The notes under the pieces: generated by a model
Told to the model about the DNA's origin: nothing
What the model saw: only the letters and a program-made list of their open reading frames with translations
The model's database searches: none
Shown here: positions 1-9,472 of the stretch, in pieces
Position numbering within the stretch: position 1 is the stretch's first letter
How the letters are laid out: each line of letters opens with the position of its first letter
DNA from: Auanema rhodensis
Lineage: Eukaryota; Animalia; Nematoda
DNA: 64,000 nt
Assembly (NCBI GenBank): GCA_964057225.1
Contig: OZ059899.1
Span: 1,798,001 to 1,862,000 of the forward strand
Direction: 5' to 3'
Program-made: the position numbers and the translations under genes

Positions 1-9
1 TCCAAAAAC

Positions 10-44
10 ATTTTGACAAAAATTTTTTCGAAAAATTTCAAAAT
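10..44. repeat. Imperfect palindrome centred on TTTTTCGAAAAA (present in most monomers)
   Basis: attttgacaaaaattttttcgaaaaatttcaaaat has a perfect 12-bp palindrome at 24-35 and outer arms attttga (10-16) / tcaaaat (38-44). Confidence 0.85.
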
Positions 45-146
45 AATTTAGCAAAAAGTAGATGTTTTTAAATTCTTTTTTTCAAGGCAAAGACGATGGA
101 CAATGTTATTCAACGAAAAAAATAATTCTTCAGGGTGAAAATCGAG

Positions 147-168
147 GATATAAGTGTGAACTTATATC
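147..168. repeat. Perfect 9-bp inverted repeat with 4-nt GTGA loop (present in most monomers)
   Basis: gatataagt (147-155), gtga, acttatatc (160-168). It overlaps a second dyad atatca-gt-tgatat (164-177). Confidence 0.9.
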
Positions 169-178
169 AGTTGATATC

Positions 179-245
179 TCGGTGCATTTTTAAGCTAGCG
201 CAAATCTGATAACACAGATCGACGCAGCTTAAAAATCCGCATCGA
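179..245. repeat. 67-bp bulged inverted repeat (long hairpin/cruciform potential), in every monomer with variants
   Basis: Left arm tcggtgc--atttttaagctagcgcaaatctg (179-208) aligns with the reverse complement of the right arm, tcgatgcggatttttaagct-gcgtcgatctg (215-245). The 11-bp perfect core is atttttaagct (186-196) / agcttaaaaat (226-236), and the loop is ataaca. Confidence 0.9.
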
Positions 246-319
246 ATGCACTATACTACATTGAGAAACGCTTAATACAAAAATTAGTTATGATCGTTTG
301 AAAAATGATGCATTAGTGT

Positions 320-347
320 ATGTTGAGTTTCCATGTACACTCAACAT
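320..347. repeat. Perfect 9-bp inverted repeat with 10-nt loop (present in most monomers)
   Basis: atgttgagt (320-328), ttccatgtac, actcaacat (339-347). An alternative pairing is agtgta (315-320) / tacact (336-341). Confidence 0.9.
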
Positions 348-1755
348 TGCTTCCAAAAACATTTTGACAAAAATTTTTTTGAAAAATTTCAGAATAATTT
401 AGCAAAAAGTAGATGTTTTTAGATTCCATTTTTCAAGGCAAAGACGATAGACAGTGTTATTCAACAAGAAAATTAATTCTTCAGGGTGAAAATCGAGGAT
501 ATAAGTGTGAACTTATATCAGTTGATATCTCGGTGCATTTTTAAGCTAGCGCAAATCTGATAACACAGATCGACGCAGCTTAAAAATCCGCATCGAATGC
601 ACTATACTACATTGAGAAAGGCTTAATACAAAAATTAGTTATGATCGTTTGAAAAATGATGCATTAGTGTATGTTGAGTTTCCATGTACACTCAACATTG
701 CTTCCAAAAACATTTTGACAAAAATTTTTTCGAAAAATTTCAAAATAATTTAGCAAAAAGTAGATGTTTTTAGATTCCATTTTTCAAGGCAAAGACGATG
801 GACAATGTTATTCAACGAAAAAAATAATTCTTCAGGGTGAAAATCGAGGATATAAGTGTGAACTTATATCAGTTGATATCTCGGTGCATTTTTAAGCTAG
901 CGCAAATCTGATAACACAGATCGACGCAGCTTAAAAATCCGCATCGAATGCACTATACTACATTGAGAAACGCTTAATACAAAAATTAGTTATGATCGTT
1001 TGAAAAATGATGCATTAGTGTATGTTGAGTTTCCATGTACACTCAACATTGCTTCCAAAAACATTTTGACAAAAATTTTTTCGAAAAATTTCAAAATAAT
1101 TTAGCAAAAAGTAGATGTTTTTAGATTCCATTTTTCAAGGCAAAGACGATGGACAATGTTATTCAACGAAAAAATTAATTCTTCAGAGCGAAAATCGAGG
1201 ATATAAGTGTGAACTTATATCAGTTGATATCTCGGTGCATTTTTAAGCTAGCGCAAATCTGATAACACAGATCGACGCAACTTAAAAATCCGCATCGAAT
1301 GCACTATACTACATTGAGAAACGCTTGATACAAAAATTAGTTATGATCGTTTGAAAAATGATGCATTAGTGTATGTTGAGTTTCCATGTATACTCAACAT
1401 TGCTTCCAAAAACATTTTGACAAAAATTTTTTCGAAAAATTTCAAATAAATTTAGCAAAAAGTAGATGTTTTTAGATTCCATTTCTCAAGGCAAAGACGA
1501 TGGACAATGTTATTCAACGAAAAAATTAATTCTTCAGGGTGAAAATTGAGGATATAAGTGTGAATTTATATCAGTTGATATCTCGGTGCATTTTTCAGCT
1601 AACGCAAATCTGATAACACAGATCGACGCAGCTTAAAAATCCGCATCGAATGCACTATACTACATTGAGAAACGCTTGATACAAAAATTAGTTATGATCG
1701 TTTGAAAAATGATGCATTAGTGTATGTTGAGTTTCCATGTACACTCAACATTGCT

Positions 1756-4700
1756 TCCAAAAACATTTTGACAAAAATTTTTTCGAAAAATTTCAGAATA
1801 ATTTAGCAAAAAGTAGATGTTTTTAGATTCCTTTTTTCAAGGCAAAGACGATAGACAATGTTATTCAACGAAAAAATTAATTCTTCAGGGTGAAAATCGA
1901 GGATATAAGTGTGAACTTATATCAGTTGATATCTCGGTGCATTTTTAAGCTAGCGCAAATCTGATAACACAGATCGACGCAACTTAAAAATCCGCATCGA
2001 ATGCACTATACTACATTGAGAAACGCTTGATACAAAAATTAGTTATGATCGTTTGAAAAATGATGCATTAGTGTATGTTGAGTTTCCATGTATACTCAAC
2101 ATTGCTTCCAAAAACATTTTGACAAAAATTTTTTCGAAAAATTTCAAATAAATTTAGCAAAAAGTAGATGTTTTTAGATTCCATTTCTCAAGGCAAAGAC
2201 GATGGACAATGTTATTCAACGAAAAAATTAATTCTTCAGGGTGAAAATTGAGGATATAAGTGTGAATTTATATCAGTTGATATCTCGGTGCATTTTTCAG
2301 CTAACGCAAATCTGATAACACAGATCGACGCAGCTTAAAAATCCGCATCGAATGCACTATACTACATTGAGAAACGCTTGATACAAAAATTAGTTATGAT
2401 CGTTTGAAAAATGATGCATTAGTGTATGTTGAGTTTCCATGTACACTCAACATTGCTTCCAAAAACATTTTGACAAAAATTTTTTCGAAAAATTTCAGAA
2501 TAATTTAGCAAAAAGTAGATGTTTTTAGATTCCTTTTTTCAAGGCAAAGACGATAGACAATGTTATTCAACGAAAAAATTAATTCTTCAGGGTGAAAATC
2601 GAGGATATAAGTGTGAACTTATATCAGTTGATATCTCGGTGCATTTTCAAGCTAGCGCAAATCTGATAACACAGATCGACGCAGCTTAAAAATCCGCATC
2701 GAATGCACTATACTAAATTGAGAAACGCTTGATACAAAAATTAGTTATGATCGTTTGAAAAATGATGCATTAGTGTATGTTGAGTTTCCATGTACACTCA
2801 ACATTGCTTCCAAAAACATTTTGACAAAAATTTTTTCGAAAAATTTCAAGATAATTTAGCAAAAAGTTGATGTTTTTAGATTCCTTTTTTCAAGGCAAAG
2901 ACGATAGACAATGTTATTCAACGAAAAAATTAATTCTTCAGGGTGAAAATCGAGGATATAAGTGTGAACTTATATCAGTTGATATCTCGGTGCATTTTTA
3001 AGCTAGCGCAAATCTGATAACACAGATCGACGCAGCTTAAAAATCCGCATCGAATGCACTATACTAAATTGAGAAACGCTTGATACAAAAATTAGTTATG
3101 ATCGTTTGAAAAATGATGCATTAGTGTATGTTGAGTTTCCATGTACACTCAACATTGCTTCCAAAAACATTTTGACAAAAATTTTTTCGAAAAATTTCAA
3201 AATAATTTAGCAAAAAGTAGATGTTCATAGATTCCTTTTTTCAAGGCAAAGACGATAGACAATGTTATTCAACGAAAAAATTAATTCTTCAGGGTGAAAA
3301 TCGAGGATATAAGTGTGAACTTATATCAGTTGATATCTCGGTGCATTTTCAAGCTAGCGCAAATCTGATAACACAGATCGACGCAGCTTAAAAATCCGCA
3401 TCGAATGCACTATACTAAATTGAGAAACGCTTGATACAAAAATTAGTTATGATCGTTTGAAAAATGATGCATTAGTGTATGTTGAGTTTCCATGTACACT
3501 CAACATTGCTTCCAAAAACATTTTGACAAAAATTTTTTCGAAAAATTGCAAAATAATTTAGCAAAAAGTAGATGTTTTAGATTCCATTTTTCAAAGCAAA
3601 GACGATGGACAATGTTATTCAACGAAAAAATTAATTCTTCAGGGTGAAAATCGACGATATAAGTGTGAATTTATATCAGTTGATATCTCGGTGCATTTTT
3701 AAGCTAGCGCAAATCTGATAACACAGATCGACGCAGCTTAAAAATCCGCATCGAATGCACTATACTACATTGAGAAACGCTTGATACAAAAATTAGTTAT
3801 GATCGTTTGAAAAATGATGCATTAGTGTATGTTGAGTTTCCATGTACACTCAACATTGCTTCCAAAAACATTTTGACAAAAATTTTTTCGAAAAATTTCA
3901 GAATAATTTAGCAAAAAGTAGATGTTTTTAGATTCCTTTTTTCAAGGCAAAGACGATAGACAATGTTATTCAACGAAAAAATTAATTCTTCAGGGTGAAA
4001 ATCGAGGATATAAGTGTGAACTTATATCAGTTGATATCTCGGTGCATTTTTAAGCTAGCGCAAATCTGATAACACAGATCGACGCAACTTAAAAATCCGC
4101 ATCGAATGCACTATACTACATTGAGAAACGCTTGATACAAAAATTAGTTATGATCGTTTGAAAAATGATGCATTAGTGTATGTTGAGTTTCCATGTATAC
4201 TCAACATTGCTTCCAAAAACATTTTGACAAAAATTTTTTCGAAAAATTTCAAATAAATTTAGCAAAAAGTAGATGTTTTTAGATTCCATTTCTCAAGGCA
4301 AAGACGATGGACAATGTTATTCAACGAAAAAATTAATTCTTCAGGGTGAAAATTGAGGATATAAGTGTGAATTTATATCAGTTGATATCTCGGTGCATTT
4401 TTCAGCTAACGCAAATCTGATAACACAGATCGACGCAGCTTAAAAATCCGCATCGAATGCACTATACTACATTGAGAAACGCTTGATACAAAAATTAGTT
4501 ATGATCGTTTGAAAAATGATGCATTAGTGTATGTTGAGTTTCCATGTACACTCAACATTGCTTCCAAAAACATTTTGACAAAAATTTTTTCGAAAAATTT
4601 CAGAATAATTTAGCAAAAAGTAGATGTTTTTAGATTCCTTTTTTCAAGGCAAAGACGATAGACAATGTTATTCAACGAAAAAATTAATTCTTCAGGGTGA

Positions 4701-5965
4701 AAATCGAGGATATAAGTGTGAACTTATATCAGTTGATATCTCGGTGCATTTTCAAGCTAGCGCAAATCTGATAACACAGATCGACGCAGCTTAAAAATCC
4801 GCATCGAATGCACTATACTAAATTGAGAAACGCTTGATACAAAAATTAGTTATGATCGTTTGAAAAATGATGCATTAGTGTATGTTGAGTTTCCATGTAC
4901 ACTCAACATTGCTTCCAAAAACATTTTGACAAAAATTTTTTCGAAAAATTTCAAGATAATTTAGCAAAAAGTTGATGTTTTTAGATTCCTTTTTTCAAGG
5001 CAAAGACGATAGACAATGTTATTCAACGAAAAAATTAATTCTTCAGGGTGAAAATCGAGGATATAAGTGTGAACTTATATCAGTTGATATCTCGGTGCAT
5101 TTTTAAGCTAGCGCAAATCTGATAACACAGATCGACGCAGCTTAAAAATCCGCATCGAATGCACTATACTAAATTGAGAAACGCTTGATACAAAAATTAG
5201 TTATGATCGTTTGAAAAATGATGCATTAGTGTATGTTGAGTTTCCATGTACACTCAACATTGCTTCCAAAAACATTTTGACAAAAATTTTTTCGAAAAAT
5301 TTCAAAATAATTTAGCAAAAAGTAGATGTTCATAGATTCCTTTTTTCAAGGCAAAGACGATAGACAATGTTATTCAACGAAAAAATTAATTCTTCAGGGT
5401 GAAAATCGAGGATATAAGTGTGAACTTATATCAGTTGATATCTCGGTGCATTTTCAAGCTAGCGCAAATCTGATAACACAGATCGACGCAGCTTAAAAAT
5501 CCGCATCGAATGCACTATACTAAATTGAGAAACGCTTGATACAAAAATTAGTTATGATCGTTTGAAAAATGATGCATTAGTGTATGTTGAGTTTCCATGT
5601 ACACTCAACATTGCTTCCAAAAACATTTTGACAAAAATTTTTTCGAAAAATTGCAAAATAATTTAGCAAAAAGTAGATGTTTTAGATTCCATTTTTCAAA
5701 GCAAAGACGATGGACAATGTTATTCAACGAAAAAATTAATTCTTCAGGGTGAAAATCGAGGATATAAGTGTGAACTTATATCAGTTGATATCTCGGTGCA
5801 TTTTTAAGCTAGCGCAAATCTGATAACACAGATCGACGCAGCTTAAAAATCCGCATCGAATGCACTATACTACATTGAGAAACGCTTGATACAAAAATTA
5901 GTTATGATCGTTTGAAAAATGATGCATTAGTGTATGTTGAGTTTCCATGTACACTCAACATTGCT
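1756..5965 (+). repeat. Higher-order repeat: 6-monomer unit (2105 bp) x2
   Basis: The same ordered variants (cagaat+gcaactt+tgtatac; caaataaa+ttctcaag+aattgagg; caagata+agttga; gttcatag; aattgca+1-bp deletion) occur in 1756-3860 and 3861-5965. Confidence 0.9.
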
Positions 5966-8900
5966 TCCAAAAACATTTTGACAAAAATTTTTTCGAAAAA
6001 TTTCAAAATAATTTAGCAAAAAGTAGATGTTCATAGATTCCTTTTTTCAAGGCAAAGACGATAGACAATGTTATTCAACGAAAAAATTAATTCTTCAGGG
6101 TGAAAATCGAGGATATAAGTGTGAACTTATATCAGTTGATATCTCGGTGCATTTTTAAGCTAGCGCAAATCTGATAACACAGATCGACGCAGCTTAAAAA
6201 TCCGCATCGAGTGCACTATACTACATTGAGAAACGCTTGATACAAAAATTAGTAATGATCGTTTGAAAAATGATGCATTAGTGTATGTTGAGTTTCCATG
6301 TACACTCAACATTGCTTCCAAAAACATTTTGACAAAAATTTTTTCGAAAAATTTCAAAATAATTTAGCAAAAAGTAGATGTTTTTAGATTCCTTTTTTCA
6401 AGGCAAAGACGATGGACAATGTTATTCAACGAAAAAATTATTTCTTCAGGGTGAAAATCGAGGATATAAGTGTGAACTTATATCAGTTGATATCTCGGTG
6501 CATTTTTCAGCTAACGCAAATCTGATAACACAGATCGACGCAGCTTAAAAATCCGCATCGAATGCACTATACTACATTGAGAAACGCTTGATACAAAAAT
6601 TAGTTATGATCGTTTGAAAAATGATGCATTAGTGTATGTTGAGTTTCCATGTACACTCAACATTGCTTCCAAAAACATTTTGACAAAAATTTTTTCGAAA
6701 AATTTCAAAATAATTTAGCAAAAAGTAGATGTTTTAGATTCCATTTTTCAAAGCAAAGACGATGGACAATGTTATTCAACGAAAAAATTAATTCTTCAGG
6801 GTGAAAATCGAGGATATAAGTGTGAACTTATATCAGTTGATATCTCGGTGCATTTTTAAGCTAGCGCAAATCTGATAACACAGATCGACGCAGCTTAAAA
6901 ATCCGCATCGAATGCACTATACTACATTGAGAAACGCTTGATACAAAAATTAGTTATGATCGTTTGAAAAATGATGCATTAGTGTATGTTGAGTTTCCAT
7001 GTACACTCAACATTGCTTCCAAAAACATTTTGACAAAAATTTTTTCGAAAAATTTCAAAATAATTTAGCAAAAAGTAGATGTTCATAGATTCCTTTTTTC
7101 AAGGCAAAGACGATAGACAATGTTATTCAACGAAAAAATTAATTCTTCAGGGTGAAAATCGAGGATATAAGTGTGAACTTATATCAGTTGATATCTCGGT
7201 GCATTTTTAAGCTAGCGCAAATCTGATAACACAGATCGACGCAGCTTAAAAATCCGCATCGAATGCACTATACTAAATTGAGAAACGCTTGATACAAAAA
7301 TTAGTTATGATCGTTCGAAAAATGATGCATTAGTGTATGTTGAGTTTCCATGTACACTCAACATTGCTTCCAAAAACATTTTGACAAAAATTTTTTCGAA
7401 AAATTTCAAAATAATTTAGCAAAAAGTAGATGTTTTTAGATTCCTTTTTTCAAGGCAAAGACGATGGACAATGTTATTCAACGAAAAAATTATTTCTTCA
7501 GGGTGAAAATCGAGGATATAAGTGTGAACTTATATCAGTTGATATCTCGGTGCATTTTTAAGCTAGCGCAAATCTGATAACACAGATCGACGCAGCTTAA
7601 AAATCCGCATCGAATGCACTATACTACATTGAGAAACGCTTGATACAAAAATTAGTTATGATCGTTTGAAAAATGATGCATTAGTGTATGTTGAGTTTCC
7701 ATGTACACTCAACATTGCTTCCAAAAACATTTTGACAAAAATTTTTTCGAAAAATTTCAAAATAATTTAGCAAAAAGTAGATGTTCATAGATTCCTTTTT
7801 TCAAGGCAAAGACGATAGACAATGTTATTCAACGAAAAAATTAATTCTTCAGGGTGAAAATCGAGGATATAAGTGTGAACTTATATCAGTTGATATCTCG
7901 GTGCATTTTCAAGCTAGCGCAAATCTGATAACACAGATCGACGCAGCTTAAAAATCCGCATCGAATGCACTATACTAAATTGAGAAACGCTTGATACAAA
8001 AATTAGTTATGATCGTTTGAAAAATGATGCATTAGTGTATGTTGAGTTTCCATGTACACTCAACATTGCTTCCAAAAACATTTTGACAAAAATTTTTTCG
8101 AAAAATTTCAAAATAATTTAGCAAAAAGTAGATGTTTTTAGATTCCTTTTTTCAAGGCAAAGACGATGGACAATGTTATTCAACGAAAAAATTATTTCTT
8201 CAGGGTGAAAATCGAGGATATAAGTGTGAACTTATATCAGTTGATATCTCGGTGCATTTTTCAGCTAACGCAAATCTGATAACACAGATCGACGCAGCTT
8301 AAAAATCCGCATCGAATGCACTATACTACATTGAGAAACGCTTGATACAAAAATTAGTTATGATCGTTTGAAAAATGATGCATTAGTGTATGTTGAGTTT
8401 CCATGTACACTCAACATTGCTTCCAAAAACATTTTGACAAAAATTTTTTCGAAAAATTTCAAAATAATTTAGCAAAAAGTAGATGTTTTAGATTCCATTT
8501 TTCAAAGCAAAGACGATGGACAATGTTATTCAACGAAAAAATTAATTCTTCAGGGTGAAAATCGAGGATATAAGTGTGAACTTATATCAGTTGATATCTC
8601 GGTGCATTTTTAAGCTAGCGCAAATCTGATAACACAGATCGACGCAGCTTAAAAATCCGCATCGAATGCACTATACTACATTGAGAAACGCTTGATACAA
8701 AAATTAGTTATGATCGTTTGAAAAATGATGCATTAGTGTATGTTGAGTTTCCATGTACACTCAACATTGCTTCCAAAAACATTTTGACAAAAATTTTTTC
8801 GAAAAATTTCAAAATAATTTAGCAAAAAGTAGATGTTCATAGATTCCTTTTTTCAAGGCAAAGACGATAGACAATGTTATTCAACGAAAAAATTAATTCT

Positions 8901-9472
8901 TCAGGGTGAAAATCGAGGATATAAGTGTGAACTTATATCAGTTGATATCTCGGTGCATTTTTAAGCTAGCGCAAATCTGATAACACAGATCGACGCAGCT
9001 TAAAAATCCGCATCGAATGCACTATACTAAATTGAGAAACGCTTGATACAAAAATTAGTTATGATCGTTTGAAAAATGATGCATTAGTGTATGTTGAGTT
9101 TCCATGTACACTCAACATTGCTTCCAAAAACATTTTGACAAAAATTTTTTCGAAAAATTTCAAAATAATTTAGCAAAAAGTAGATGTTTTAGATTCCATT
9201 TTTCAAAGCAAAGACGATGGACAATGTTATTCAACGAAAAAATTAATTCTTCAGGGTGAAAATCGAGGATATAAGTGTGAACTTATATCAGTTGATATCT
9301 CGGTGCATTTTTAAGCTAGCGCAAATCTGATAACACAGATCGACGCAGCTTAAAAATCCGCATCGAATGCACTATACTACATTGAGAAACGCTTGATACA
9401 AAAATTAGTTATGATCGTTTGAAAAATGATGCATTAGTGTATGTTGAGTTTCCATGTACACTCAACATTGCT

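Larger units (their letters stand above)
1..351 (+). repeat. Reference monomer (copy 1): AT-rich, many A/T tracts, four internal dyads
   Basis: Hand count on the consensus gives about 111 G+C in 351 bp (about 32%) and 12 CpG. Monomer phase is arbitrary and set to the window start. Confidence 0.97.

Noticed and set aside
26-42. CENP-B box-like motif (TTCG....A)
   Set aside because: Only the 5' half matches; the required CGGG is absent (tcaa).
77-141. Hammerhead ribozyme (known in newt, schistosome and cave-cricket satellites): minus-strand CUGAAGA at 133-127 with a downstream GAAA; plus-strand CUGAUAA at 206-212
   Set aside because: I could not build stems I-III around the minus-strand core, and the plus-strand motif lacks the conserved G8. 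An Infernal search with the Rfam hammerhead models on a dimer would settle it.
147-168. Rho-independent terminator or bacterial regulatory hairpins
   Set aside because: The stems are AT-rich, have no adjacent U-tract and no upstream genes, and the context is a eukaryotic-type satellite.
1-351. Monomer length is a multiple of 3 (117 codons), suggesting a giant repeat protein
   Set aside because: The ORF track shows no ORF spanning even one full monomer, the frames I translated contain stops, and 350/352-bp copies shift the frame freely.
1-351. 5S rDNA, tRNA or spliced-leader tandem gene unit, or identity with Drosophila 359-bp (1.688) or Tribolium 360-bp satellites
   Set aside because: I recognised no 5S, tRNA or SL motifs. 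The resemblance to those satellites is only in size and AT content as far as I can tell, and a BLASTN/Dfam search is needed.
6160-6357. 65-aa minus-strand ORF
   Set aside because: It exists only because a single-copy substitution (agtaatg) removes a stop in one monomer. There is no ATG start or recognisable domain.
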